Assembly: GCA_029953675.1 (NCBI GenBank)
Contig: JAMWBK010000001.1
Coordinates: 1,260,001-1,508,000 of the forward strand
Source: Rhodosorus marinus CCMP1338
Taxonomy: Eukaryota > Plantae > Rhodophyta
Reading direction: 5' to 3'
Length of the DNA stretch: 248,000 nucleotides
Shown one piece after another: positions 183,240 to 197,600 of this stretch (position 1 is the stretch's first letter; every line of letters starts with the position of its first letter). The position numbers were made by a program, and so were the translations under genes. A model generated the notes under the pieces. The model ran no database searches and was not told where the DNA came from. It worked only from the letters and a program-made list of their open reading frames with translations.

Positions 183240-186200
183240 AACACTAATTCTATCACTATCTAGGGAAATGATCAGGCTCAACCCGGGCTCCCTGGGTCAC
183301 TAGTTACGATAAAAAGAAAAATAAGGAATCAGCGGCTGCTCAGACTGATCCACCCGCAGAGAGCTTAGTGCGAGCTCTGCGTTGCCTGCCCAAAGTGTAC
183401 GGTTTACTTGCGCTCTCACGTCGCGTAACTTTTCCTGCTTTGTCAGCATATGGGCACACCCATCTCGTAGGAAATCCTGGGTGATTTGACCGGTTCTGCC
183501 AAAGGTTTCAATCGCTATCCGGATGAACACATCATCGGGATGTTCAGTCGCCATGGCCTCCTTGTAGTGCGCTAAATTCCATCTCTCAGCATGTTTCGTG
183601 GCGTATCCGTTGGTGTTGTGGCTCTTAGGTAGGTGTCGTGCTTGGAGGGGCGAGATTACGGTCACAACAATGGCAAAACGTTGCCATGTCCTAGGGTGGA
183701 TACCCACTAGATCAGGTCGCAGATTCGAGTTCGTAAAGTAGTCCATGGGTTCCTGATTGACCTCTCGAAATTGCCAATGGTTAAGCCATCTTGCCAGCTT
183801 AGTACATATCTCATCATGGCGCCTTTGCCACAGCCCAGACCAGGTACACAGTGGTGAAATATTTGTACTTTTTTAGTACGGTGCGTACTATGACAGGTAG
183901 TACACAGCTCCGTCGTCCGTAATCCTAGAATCGGCGGCGCAACAGTTGTCGAATATTCACCTGGATTCCCAGATCAAGCACTCTACACAGCGGCATGCCC
184001 GGCCATCGGGAACGGCAGTACACGCCGAGTTCAAAGTTCAGAAAGCCCCAGGCAGAGTAGAAGACGCTCACCTCCGAACCGTTGGACGCCCAGGCCCGCA
184101 GTTTCAGCAAGCTGCTCTCAGACAGCCGCACGTACGGTGGGAGGTCTTCCTGGGGACCAGAGACCACACCGGTACTCGCCACCCTCAGGAACGTACGACC
184201 CCTACGACAGGATGAGGTGGCCCCCTCTGACTTTACAACGGTTCTTTATCGAGCCTTAGGGCTCCCAAGCCCTTATGAGGTGCACGTGGACCTCATTGCC
184301 TCCCACGCCAGCTTGCTATGTCACCCGGACGCGATTCCGAAAAGCGCCATTACCCGGGGAGTTTGCATCCTCTACCCTGCGACATCCCGATCGACAAGTC
184401 AGCCTCTACACCGGTCAGGCCCTGGAGGTCGACAACTTGTTGGGTTACAATGAACGTCAACGCCTCGCACAAACGGACAACACGACACGCGGCCCAGACA
184501 ATGAAGAGGGAGATCGAACACATTGTTAGGATCCGCTCGAGGCTGAGCAGGAGGCAACTCTTCTTCAATACTCTCGCGGTGATACACGAGTATCTGGATG
184601 CAAGGCTCACCGCCCTACAAGCCGGGCAACCTCCAACATAGGTACCCGGGGAGAGTGCGGAACCCCCAGTGCCTGCAGCCCCTGCGAACGCAGACCCTGA
184701 AGCCTCGCCCTATCGAGGCGACGCACAGGCAGCCCGTGGGCAATCGAGAATCTGGGTGATTCAAGGGGACATCCATGTAACCAGGAGGATACACCAGAGG
184801 GCAACCCCCACGCGGAGCTTCTCTGCAACCTTCCGGAGCCTCCACAACCGAAGCGTTCGCGAGCACGCGTTGTCGGCACAATCCCAGATACGAAGATGAC
184901 CCCGGCACCTGTAGAGACCCCATGAGCCAACACCTTGCCACAGCCTAACCTTGACGGCAACCAACACCAGATGGACACAAGGGATAGTCAGGAAAAAAAA
185001 CAACACGCCCAATAATGCCCAGCAGACGTAGGGGAATCAAACGACGACGAGAGGAGCCTCTGTTCTTCTCCAATCGTCAAGACTGGATCAAACGCTGGAC
185101 GGACTTCGTAGACGACATTACGGAAGGAGGCATGCAAAGGACACGCATTACACACTGCCCGGTCCCCACAAGGCGCTTTGTGCCTCGCGCCCACGTCAAT
185201 ACTTGGAACCGCCTCCTCAGCGCTGCACTTGAGCTTTCCATAGCCAGCGCCGCACCAACGAACGCGAGCCTGCTCCTCGTTGGACTTCCAGGCCTGGTAC
185301 TAGGATACTCTGCCCTTGTCTGGGGTTGCAACAAACCCTCTCCAGAGAGGCACGCCATGCAGCTTTCCAAAGCCTGGTATCCCACAGGCAAATTTCGGCT
185401 GAAGATCGGGCCAGAATTCGGTCCGCAGCCGGCGCTGGATCAGGAGTGTGGTTACTGGAAATGCCGACGCTCGCGCCGAAAAAGCTGAGTACAGCAGAAC
185501 TGCAAGTGAATGTACGACAGCTGTTGGGTTTGCCGATACCGGGAATACGGACGTCGGGGAAGTGTACTAGTTGTGGTAGTAGTCATCGTACTAACGGCGT
185601 ACAAAGGTTTCACCACTGCCCAACATCGACGGGACTATGGCAGCGAAGGCACGACGAAATCTGTACGGAGCTGAAGCGATGGCTGAATCGCTGGAGTTTC
185701 ATCGACATTGAGCAACAACCGGAGGTGTACTTTGAGAACTACCGACTAAGACCGGATATCATTGCCACTCATCCCTAGTTCCAAAGATAGCGATAGGTGC
185801 TCTGCGAGTGGACCAGTTGGCGAATCCACTGGTCCCTGTTTTCGTTTGAACGTAGCATGAGACCCCGGTAGCGGGGTTAACGTAAGCTTTTCCCTAGATA
185901 GTAGTAGAACTAGTGATACGCTGCAGTAGGCAGCTGCGCAGTAAAGTTTACGGTTAAGCTAGTCTGGGGCCAAGGACTCTTCCCAGAACCTGCGGCAGGT
186001 CACTTACCAGACGAGGTGGCGGAGGCCCTGGACTAGCTGCACAACACTGACAACACGACTCTTAAGAGCCGATGGGGTCCCACAAAAGCCGCTGATGAGG
186101 GCCTCCCGTCGATTGTGGCACGTCTTCCGCAGAGCAAGAGCCCAGGGCCCAGTGGAATGCCGAGGATGAGTATTGGCATCAACTCCGGGAAGCAGGCTTC

Positions 186201-188640
186201 AGCTACCAGTGCCGCCACTCTCCTGTCGATCCCGTTGAACGCGTTCTCCAAGTCGAGTTTCAGCAGCGCGTGTTGAGGTTCGTACTGTAATAAGTGGGCT
186301 TGAACGGCGTGTAGGGCTTGTTTACATCCGCGACGAACGGATATTTCCAGTTGTTTTGGAGCAAGAAACGTGCTCAGTCTACTTGAAACCTCGCGAAGCA
186401 CCCACTGGGCTGCCAACTCTCGTAAAACTTCTGGAACCGCGATCATTCTAACACGAACTCGTCGAGGGACTTCGACTTCAGAGGCGTATTCCTTGTCGGG
186501 CTTTATGAAGGGCAGCAGTCGGCTGCTACTCAGGGCTTGCCGCAGCGTACGTGGAAATATTTCAGGGTTCTTCACGAGACAGCGCAGGAACCGTATCAGC
186601 AGAGGCCTTCGTTGGAGTCACTGCCTGCAGACGCTCGGCGCGAAGGCCTCAGGACCCGTTTTTGGCAGGTGTCAATAGACACCTATTTATCACGTCAGAC
186701 GGGTTCCATTGGCGGGGAGGGTGCTCCCTAGCTTCGTCGAGAATTCGGTTCATTTCTTTCGCAACATCCGGATGTAACGGTTCCATCGACGCCTCTGGAA
186801 ATAGCTCACACAGAGCATTCCACGTGGACGACGTCTGCGGTGCGAGCTCCGTGGCCTCCAGGCGCTGTGCAGCTGCAGAGAGGCGTCCAGAATGGGCCAG
186901 CTTCACGACCTGTCTATTTTGTCCAAGTCTCTCTCTGGTTATCAGCTCTCCTCTCACGAGGAGAGGGCTGACTGGTGGTAGCCATATTTAACGCCTTCCA
187001 TACAACTGAGAATTCACCCTCCAAGCCGTGCCCCATTTGTTCCCCGATCTGAAGATCACAGATCCCTAGCGCCAGGCCAGGTAGTGCCATGATGAAGAGG
187101 CGTAAAAGCGGAGCCGCTGCAGTGTTCAATGCGAGACCTAGAGCACGGTGGAGTAGTAGGTCCAAATTTTTCACCTGGGCATCAGGTACGTGTTCACGGG
187201 TCCGTACAGGGCTAATTTTTTCTGTGACCATCCACCAGCGGCGGCCGTCGTCCGTATGTGCAACTAGGAACATGTGAAGCCGTTGTTCCCAAGTCTCCGG
187301 ATCCGTGGTGATCAGCGCGGTGTCTTGCAGCCGCTTTCTCGAACCTGGGACGCTCATGATTGGACGTTTTCGGGCGCAGATGGGGTAACCTCCTGTCTCG
187401 GCTTCTTCAGAGATCGTATCTCGTCGGTGACGGGGGTATTTTCATCATGAACCACTTCCATAGTTCTCGGCTGGGCCTCTGAGCTGCCGGTACCCGAAGT
187501 TTCAGAAGGCCCAATATCTGGCGGTAATTCGCTTTGTGCATTGCCCGGTGTGACTTCGGGAATCGGTGCACTTTCGTTATCGGCTCCTGTCTGCAGGGGG
187601 ATCTGACTCTCTCCTTCCGTGACAGTGGAGACCATGCGGTGGGGTGCGGGTTCCCGCGACTCAAGGCGCGAGCGCAGATACTCCATGAGAGCATCCAGGT
187701 GCACATGGATGGAAGCCGAGGTAGTGAACGGCATCGAACGCAGGGAAATCAGGCTCTAAACTCTCTCCATATCTTCAATGGCTCGTTCAAGTGTGCGTTG
187801 GCTGACTTCATGTGTCTGCAGTGTGAGCCTCTCATTGTACCCGATCAGGTTCCGCGCTTCTGGCTCGACTCCGGTGTGAATTGTTACCTAGTGATCTTGG
187901 AGGCGTCTCGCGAAGGATCCAAACACATCTGAGCGGAACACTCCCCTCGCAATGGCGCTGGTGATCAATGGTATCGGGTCAGGATGACATACCAGCAGTG
188001 CGTGGGCGGCGACAAAATCGATATGTGCAATCAGGTGTACCGGAATACCCAACGCTGTGCACAGGACTTGTTTGTAATCCGAGAGCGCCACCAATTCGTT
188101 GCGCGGCGGGCGTACGTTGCGCTGCGGGCGTACGTTGCGCAACGTGGCGAGCACCGGGTCCGTATCGGGGCCCCGTCTACTTCCTCCAACCGTGGCGTGC
188201 AGTTGTCTGAGGGCTGTCTGCTGATTCATCCGGGCTGCCTTCGCTGCACGCTGTGCGTACGTGCCACTGGGAGGGGTATATCCCAAGGTGGGGAATGCTA
188301 GATCCTGTTGTCCCACCCGGACTGTCCCGGACTCCGCTGTCCCAGTTGCTGTTGTCCCATGGTGTGCAACCCTCGGTGTCCCACCCCAGACTCCTCTGTT
188401 GACTGATCCATGGATTGACTCCCAAGTTGATAGGGTATCTTCTGGTTCTGTCCACGGCGCGCGGGTGACTTCCTTGCGGCACTTCCGAGGGGTTCCACAG
188501 CATGGGGTTTGCACCCAAACGCTCCAGTTGATCATTAATCCCCTTCAGGTCAGCCGCTGTGCCTGCCCTGGAGTACAACCGGTCGACATTAACGAAAATA
188601 CGCTGCAATCTGCGACTGCCACCCCAATATCTTCATTGGT
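183240..188640. mobile_element. Family C two-ORF elements: minus-strand copy (ORF1 ~187888-188535, RT fragments, RLE 183300-183746) with nested plus-strand internally deleted copy (~183900-185970)
   Basis: LATLRNVRP motif in both ORF1s; LKLDLENAFNGIDR RT motif; FHHCPTSTGLWQRRHDE; C tail. Confidence 0.75.
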
Positions 188641-188649
188641 AGACATTGA

Positions 188650-191600
188650 TTAAGAGCAGTTTTTGGTTTCGTGAGGGTGTATGGTGCTGGCTTTTGGTGG
188701 TTTTGAGTCGCAATTGTGTTCTTCGGTGGGAGGCGCTTCTTTCTGCAGCCTTTCCCCCGCATCTTCTAGTGGTATGGTGCGTGCTGGAGGGTGCTAGCGC
188801 CCCTTGGAGGGCGTTGGTGGCTTTTCTTTGGTTGCAAACGTTGGGAACAAGTTCTCTTTTTGGGGGTTTCGTGGGGGAATCGGTTTTTCACACCTTCCAA
188901 TCGTTATGGTTGGGGTTTCCCCACCCATTCCGGCGGACGGAGCCGTTCTCTCAGCGCGCGTGGAGCTCAGCGTGGGCGGGTTTAGTACCGCGGCCACCCT
189001 CACGGACTGCGCTGACGAGTTAGCCGATGGGATCTGCTCGAAACTGACGAGTCTTCTTGTGACTGCTTCCCAGGAACACCGCCTGCCCCTGCTGATCGCC
189101 TATTTGGAGCGCTTCTCCGCCTCCGCGCCTGCCCCATACCCCCCGGTGCCCGTCCCCGCGGATCCGCACGGTACAGCGGGGCCTGCCTCCACCCGACCCG
189201 AGCGCTCCGCTCCGGTCATTCCTGATTCCGACTGGCCTACCCCTATTCAAAGACAGACGCCTCCTGGGCCCGCGTCGGGCCCGAATCCTGCTCCCTCCAG
189301 TGCCCCACGTGCGACCTATTCGCAGGTCCTGCGCAGGGGCTCTTCTGAACAACGCACGACGGCAATGGTGCGTATGATGCCACAACACATCCCTATTGAC
189401 TCTTCTCGCCAACTATCTCCGTTCCACTTTGTTTGGATGACGAACGTGCGTCCCCAGCCCCCCTCTTGTGGTCGGGGCCGCGCGCCCGTCCACTACCGCG
189501 ATTTTCGCGACACCATGGCTTCCTCCCTTGGGGTCGCCCCGTCTGAATTCCTATATGTGGACTCCACGGGCCCTCATGCCTGTTTTATTGTTACTGACTC
189601 GGCTTACCAGTTCCTTCAATCGCTTGTAACAACCCCCGCGCCCCAGCGCTCTGCTCTGGCCAACATGATTCTGACTCGTCCTCACGTCTCTTTGTTTGTC
189701 GAGTTCGATCGTTTTGACGCCGGCTGGGTTCCTCCGTCGGCCTTGCAAAACCTGGATGCCTCGCAGGCTTCGGTTGTCGCGCTACACACTCATGCGGCGC
189801 GGCTCTCGCGCATACAGGCGAGCCTCTTCGCGCGTTTTCCTCCTCGCGGGGTCCTCCGCACCGCGCTAGAGGCCTTCTTCTCCACTGAGGCCACCCTGCT
189901 GGAAGCCCACCCTGCGTTTGACCTTCTGCCGCCGACTCCTGAGCACCCTTCCTCCCCTCGCCCTGTCTCCGAGGCTCGTGACAGAAGCACCATCGGCCTC
190001 TCCGAATCCGCTGGCTCTGGACACCCTCAGTCAAGACTCCGCTGCTGAAAACCCTGTGTCTACTTTCTTCAGGTCTTTTAGTTCCTTCGTGCGCCCCCCA
190101 CGTAAGCGTCGTGCGGCTCCTAAGCCTCCCTCCGAGGCACCTCCTCCGGATATTCGATCTGCCTTCCCGACTGAGGGGAGGCCCGATGTCTGAGTCTTCC
190201 TCCTCCGCGTGCGTGTCGTCCCGGTTACCCCTGTTTACCAGTGACCGCTCAGCCTGGCATGAGCGTGTTCTCTCGTGGTTTTCGCACCTTGTCGCCTCCT
190301 ACCCGGACGGTTCCCTTCCCCTTTGTCGTCAGAGCACGGCCGTACGGCTCCCTCGTCGACTTCATAAGCCCCTAGGATTGGTGTTGGATTTTCTCTGGCA
190401 GCAGGTCGCCGCGAACCCTCACTGCTCTCTTCGCTGGGAACTCTTGTTCTTTTTTCCCCGCCTCGTGCTCACCTCCTCTACCGTCCCCCTCAACCCACAT
190501 CCTCGCCGGGTCCACCCTCGCCGAAAACTGCAAATGTTCCTTTCCGGCGACTTTGAGGACCTCGAACGTCTTTATTTCGCTTCTCTCTCTTCCTTTTCTC
190601 CTAGTGCTCCCTCAGCTTTTAGGTCTTCTCGACAGAATCGGGCGCGTCACGCGGTGGCAGGCGGTGATCTGCGGCGGGCAGCCGGGATCCTCCAGCAGCG
190701 GCAACCTGTGGTTCCGTACTCCGATGATCTTTCTTCACCGCTCCGTTTGCTCTTTCCCTCGGAAGGCTCCCCTTGGGACTCCTCGTTTGAATCAGTGTTG
190801 GAAGAGTACCGCGCCGCGCCACATCCCAGTGCGCGGTTAGTGGTCAACCTGGAGGCGGTGCGTGAGTTGGTTCATGATGCTCCGAAGGGCCGTTCCCCAG
190901 GGCCCTCGGGGCTGCGGGTGGAATATCTCCGTTTCTTAAGTGATGAAGGTTTGAAGGCGTTGGCGTGGGTGGTCGAAGCGCTTGTGAATGGTGATCCCCT
191001 GTGTGAGTGTGCGTGGTTCTTGGTCGGGCGTTCGCAGTTGTGTCTGCTTTCGAAGCCCGGCCACACGGCCTCGAGCCCTGCTATTCGCCCTATTGGCCTG
191101 GTTGAGGTGGTCCGCAAATTGGCGGCGCGATGGTTAGTGAAAATCCTGGTTCCCGAATCCCGCCGTTTCTTTGGGCACGTGCAGTTAGGCGTGGGCTATC
191201 GTGGTGGCTGTGAGTTGTTGTCTGTTTTACTCCGTTCGGAAATGGCGTACTCCCCAGATTCTGGGCTCCTCTCTGTAGATTTTACCAATGCGTTCAACCG
191301 CGTCTCTCGTCCGGCTCTCATGCACGTGGTGCGCGAAGTCTTCCCTGTAGGCTTTCCCTTTGTTAGTAGACTTTATTCTCCGCTTGGTCGTGGGGCTACC
191401 TATGACACCCTTGGCGCTTCCTCACACACGTTTGCGGCGCGCACAGGGGTACAACAGGGTGATCCCTTGTCCCCTTTCCTACATGCCTGTGGACTACAAC
191501 TCGTCTTGCTTTGTCTTCGCTCCGAATTCCCGCAGGTTCGTACGGTTGCATACCACGACGACGTGTGCCTCCTGGGGCCCCCTGATACTCTAGCACTCGC

Positions 191601-194600
191601 TTATGATCGTCTCCGCTCCTTGGCTTCGCGGGTTGACTTGGAGGTTAATCATCACAAATCGTTCTACTGGGGAGGTGTAGCTGCACACGAGCAGCAGGTA
191701 CCTGCGTCGTTCCAGGATATTTGGAGACCGGATGGTTTTGTCCACTTAGGCATCCCCTACGGGTCGCCGTCCTTCGTTGAAGGCGAGTTGCGGCAGCTCC
191801 TCGGTAAGCACAGACAGCTGGTTGCAGAGCTTCGCCGGCTCCCTCCGGGCTTTCTCCAGTGCGCGTTGTTGCTGTATCGGTATTGTTGCAGTCAGCGGTT
191901 AACCTATTGGCTTCGCTCATTTCCAACTCATTGGGGCCGGTGGTTGGCCACTCGTGCGGATGCTGAAAGTTTCCGTGACCTGGGGTATTTTCTCGATGAA
192001 GAGCTGAGCGCTCTGGCGCGACCCACCTGTGATGTTGTGCGCGCCCAGGTAGGCCTCCCATTGCGATTGGGGGGACTGGGCCTCTGCAATCGTGTTGTGG
192101 TCCAACCTGCAGCCGCAGTAGGGGCCTGGGGAACCGCACTTCCCACTTTAAGCAGCTTGGGTATCTCGAAGTTCCGCAATTTGATGGCGAGCCTCTCGCG
192201 GGGTGTCTTGCTTCCCAGCGTACCGGAAAGCGCCCAAGAATTTTTTCTGGAGCTCCAAACCGCTCTGAATTCCTGTACTGTACTTTACTAGCATAGCCTG
192301 AAGCGCTACGCAAGGCGTGAAGATGAACCAATAACTAGGGAGGGAAGCATGCAACCCCAGGCGCCGATGGCGCACCTCGGAAAGCATGTCGCTGGAATAT
192401 CGCCAAAGGGAGACACTTAAACGCCTCAAGAGCGCCAAATATTCAGTAGGATGCTCAGAAAAACATTTCCGCAACCACTCTAAACCCGACTTATCCACGT
192501 GACCAAAGCTTTCCACAATGAATGGCTGGAACCGGTGAGAGCGACCCTCAGCGCAAGGCAGACTGGCCATGCTCTCAGCATACCGTCGTTCCTTAACTCT
192601 TCGAAGGGCTGAAGCCGCGGCCCCCCGGCGGCGGGCGGCTGCGATGAGGTGGGCGCTGGCCACGGGGCAGGTAATCGCAAGGTCCACATATGTTGAGCGT
192701 CTGGCAGCAGCGTCGGAGACGAGGAGATCGGCTATACAACGGGGCGGTGCAGAGTCCGAGATGGATCTGGGCAGTTCCGACTCAACCTCAACCGTATGCC
192801 CTATCCGAGTCAAAAACTCGCTGAGGATGTACTTGAGGCGAGTGTGACGCCTCGTACGGAGACCTCGCAACAGTCCGCAGGAACCCAGGAAGTGGTAGCC
192901 ACAAGCGTCAATCCGGCTCTCACATCCCTGACAGAAAGACGGCCGATTAGAGTGCCACGGAGCCTGTGGCAAACCGAGATAGATCCGTGCGGCAGAACGG
193001 AACTGGAAAGCATCGAGACGATGACTCAATGACGACGGTAGAGTGGTTAACCGCAAGTGCGAGAGGTGGCCTCCCATGCCGCGGAGACGAGCGGCAGTGG
193101 TAGGCGGCGTGAGAGGAGAATTGAGCATGACTGTGTGAGCGGCACTGTGTTGGCCCCAGGTGAGGCTATGTTGAATCACATCAGTGCGGGAGCTCCACAA
193201 TCGGCTCAAACCCGGGTAGTCTGCAACAGGGGACCCGGGGCTAGCCTCTCCGTCATCGGCAAGAACTCGGTCGAGGGGACAATCCTCAATCGCTTCAGCT
193301 CGTCCCCATAACAGCTCCCTCCACGAACGAAAGCGGGACCGATTTGCGTCCGGCACGGCGTTGCACCTCCTGAACGCGTGTTGAAGACCATCATAAATTG
193401 TCAAAAGCGGGGGCGGCAGGGTCACTGGATCCTCGTTGGTCAAAGCTCGAGCCAAGAGGCAGGCACTTCGCATCTGGAAGGTCACCAACGTTCGCAGCGC
193501 GGTAGCCCAGGAGGCAACCGCCGCTGGCGAGCATACCAGCCCACGGTCTGCGACGCCGAATCCCCCCCATCGCAACGGTAGAGCGATCTGTGCACGAATA
193601 AAGTCTCTGTCGGGAGCAGCTTCAAGATCGAGGGGCTCATCCAAGAGCGTTCCCAAGTGTTGCAGGGTCATTTCGTCGGCTCTAGCCGCGATCCACGAGC
193701 CCCAAGCTGGAGGCAGGCTGCGCAACCAGTAGTTGAGTCTGGGACCGGCACAAAAGCGGGAAAGCAAGCAGGCCGATTGCAGCATGCTGTCGGGTAGGTG
193801 CTCAATGGCGTCGGTGAGTTGCTTGTGCCGTGCCAAAACTCGCTCGCAGGATGCTTGGACAAAGTTGTCAGTCCCCAATCCGACGCCGTGGTGTTCGAAC
193901 CCTTCACGTTCGCTGATTAGTCGCAGAGTGGGTGGCAGAGAGGTCAGCGACACGTCCCTCGGGGGGAGAAAGCGACATTTTTCTGTTTCCACAGTCAAAC
194001 CGACGCGACGTGCAATCGCTTCGATCGCGGTCAGTCCCCTAGCCAGGTGTCAGGGGTGCCCAGCAATGTTACGTCATCGTGGTACGCGCAGATTCGAAGA
194101 TCCGAGACCTCAGTCGAAAGACGTAAAAGTACGAGCTGTAGGGCACAGGCATGAAGAAGAGGTCCGCAAGGGTCGCCTGGTTGGACGCCAGTATGTGCTT
194201 GAAAAACAGTGCCCTCCGTTGTCAAGTAGGGGAGGCTCTCCCCTCCGTAAATACCCGATAGAAACGGCCACGCCTCCGGAAACACCCGTCGGAGCACCTC
194301 TAGCGCATGCGTCCGCGACAAGCTGTTGAATGCGTTCCGGAAATCAACCACCAAGACTCCCCACTCCGGCCTACTGGCGCGTTCTAGCTCGATCCCAGAG
194401 GTGATCAGTTCGCAACCCCCAGAAAATCCCACCCCTACTTCCAAGGGCGCCATAAAAGCTGTGACGCGCTGGCGAAGGCGCTGGCATAGCCACCTCCCGG
194501 CTAACTTCCGTAGGCTCTCCACCATCCCGATCGGCCGGAGACGCGGGTGGGCCGGCTGGTGGTCAGGTTTCGTGAGCAAGCAAAGCTGTGCCTGCCGGAG

Positions 194601-197600
194601 ATGTTCCCATGGCGCAGACGCACCCGATACGCCCTGAAACAACTTGTTAAGGATCCTCAGAAGCGCGCTCTTGCCAGGCTGGCTCAGGGCCTGCAATAGC
194701 TCTGTTCTTAGTCCGGAGGGTCCGGGACAGCGTCCCCGACGCGAGGTACGAAGCAAATCCTCCAGGTCAGACTCACTGAGCGTCAGATCGATGCGAAACC
194801 TGGCCAACTCCGGACGGTCCAAGAATACCTCGAATTCAGGGACAAATCCACGTCGGACTCAGGGAACAAAGACCACACCGTCTGGGCGAGACTATCATCG
194901 TAGGGGAGGACAGGCGCCTGGCTCCTCCAAAACCCGCGCCGCTCGACTTAAATCGCCCACTGCTACCAATTTCTGTACTCGAGCCGGCACGGGCGACACT
195001 GTGCCATGCCGAGTCCGGACGGGCGGATGGTGCTGACGACGCCAAATAGCTGCGCTGTAGTACTTCGAAGTCTCCCTTCAAGAACAGGGCCAGTCGGTCT
195101 CGTACTCGCCATCTGCGCTCCGATGTGTGAATGGGGGCCAGAATCAGGCGCGGCATGACCCCAGAAAAACCCAAATGACTGTGTCCCGAATGTTGCGAGC
195201 CAGGCTCGTGAAGATGAAATCGAGAATGGTTCCAGCTACTAGAAGGTCTCCACGAGGAAGGACGACTGGGGAATGCCCCCACGGAGGGGAAGCGAGCCTC
195301 CTTCCAAAGAAATCCACCGCCGGAGCCAACTCCGAAAACGCGTACGCCAAATGCCCCAGTCTCCGCCCTCCTTCAGGACATAAGACTGTAGATCCATAGG
195401 CTGCGACCTCGCAGCCGTGCCTGGAAACGCTAATCGTGCTTCTCCCCCTTAGACCCGGGGAGTCGGTCCTCGCTCTCTTACCTCCTATCCGCACCAAAGT
195501 CGTGAGCCGCCCACTCCGCGAGGCTCGCGGAACGGATCCCGCGGGCTTCAGCAAAGTAACCTGGGCGTCCTCCACCGCCATGCCCTCAGTCTGCTCCCCT
195601 TCCTCACCACTCTCGCTGGAAGTAGTGCTGGAAGCAGAGCCCTCCAAAATCCCCACCCGCTGCAGCTCTGTCTTGTAGCGCGAAGTCAGCACAAGTCGCC
195701 TCTCCAGATCGAAGAAACTGGAAACCGCCATGCGCAGGTGACGAAGGCCCGACCGGAACCGCTCCAACAAGATCCTCTCAAGGCGCTGAATCCGTAGCCA
195801 ATGGATCGCTGCCGCCTTCACGCTGCTCTCATGCTCAGAGAGCCCTGCCGTTTCTCCCGGAGACAGGAAATTGCCCGAGAAACGGTCAAAATCGAAGTGC
195901 AAAACCACCTGCGGGTTGCAGCGCAGCCACCGGGCGGTCTCAGGCCACTGCTCGGTAGGCTTCGCCAGCAAGGCCTCCAGGTACTTGGCGGCGGTTTCGG
196001 AGACCAAAAACAGCACATCGCGGCCCTCATAGTTTGCGAAGAAGAAATCACCCCGGCTGCACCCTAACGATTCCGCAAAAGTGTCCCGGAAGTCTCGCAT
196101 AGACGGAACCTGTCCTCGTGTAGTCTGGGGCCGGACATTTCGCACCCACAGAAATTGGAGAGTGGTCTCCACAGGTCCATCCTGAGGCTCGCGAGATGGT
196201 ATGAAACGGAGCATAGCCGCCGTACGTGTGGCAGTGGTGCCCTTCCGCAAGACTGATGCGTACGAAGCGCCCCCCTTGCGGCCACCACGTGCCCCCGAAG
196301 TAGCCGGAGCTGGTGACCACCTGAGGGCTGGTCCAAGAGAGGGAAGTCCACAGCTGCAGTCTCCTCCACACCGGTTGCCGCACAGTCACCACCACCATTG
196401 CCTCGAATCCCCGAGCGCTGAAGCGCGTTTTGGCCCGGCCTGCCGCTCCCCAACGTCGTACTGTCCTGGCGCAGAAGCAACAGCCCTCGCCTGTCCCGGG
196501 ACAGGTTCATGTTGATTGACCTGATGTTGACTGCCTTCAGCCAACGCTGCCACTCTGGGGCAATTCAAATTCTCCTCCGAATTTGAATTTGACCTGGCCA
196601 GCAATCCCGATTCCAGCCCACCTAGCTTCTGGGTGAGCTGAGGGAGCACTCCACGATCACTCGCAGCCGTGATCAGGCTGGTGACAGCGGAGATAAGTGC
196701 ACGCGCCTGGGTGCCAGAAGCGCCTTCCAAGTCAACCTCGGAAGAAAACGTGCCGCAGCTGAGGCGAACACGGAGTCCCCCACCTGGCAGTGCCTCCTTG
196801 GGAGGAGGCTCCGTCGGGCGCGGAGATATCCCTACCATCCTGAGGGAATGCGCAAAGGAAACGTTGCACCACGAACATGAAACCGCACCGAGAGAATAAT
196901 CGACCAAACCCAACCCAAATAGGAAAGGCCCCGCAACACACCCACCCGGAAGACAGAAGTAGTTGCAAATGCAAACGACGCCCCGCGGAAAATCGAGGGG
197001 AAGGCGTACCAGAGGAAGCGCTTCCCGTAAACGAACACGCTCGCGACCGAAAAAGAAACAAAACCCCAATCCTCGACAACAACCACCCCAGACTAGGACT
197101 TTACTCCCCCTGTACTAGGCTCCCCGAAACCGTTCAACCCCGTCTTCCTGACTGGCGAGCTGTATTTGACCGCTCTCGAGGCTCCGCCCCGGGGATTCGT
197201 CCTGCGCCTGAACCTGTTCTAGGGGAGATTGACCCAGTGGTTGCCGCAGAAGAAGAAGTTCCAGTTGATCCTCCTGATGATTCCCAGCGCGCTGGGAGCC
197301 GAGCTCAAGCACGCACGGATGCGCTGCAAAATATCCTTTCTTGGGACTTGCACCGTGCTGCATATGGCCGACTCCTCGCGCAGATGGTCTCATCTTCCCG
197401 CGCTCGCGCCCGCCTACGTAGTCTTGGAGGGGTTATTAGCTCTCAGTGGCTCATGACCGTACCAGCCTTTCCGCCACTCACACTGTCGGATTTCGAAGTG
197501 CGTACTTCCCTGCGCTTATACCTCGGCTTACATCAGCCCCCTTGGCCGTACGAGATGGGTTCGTCGTGCCCTCTCTGCTCTCAGACTGAAGACAACGCAG

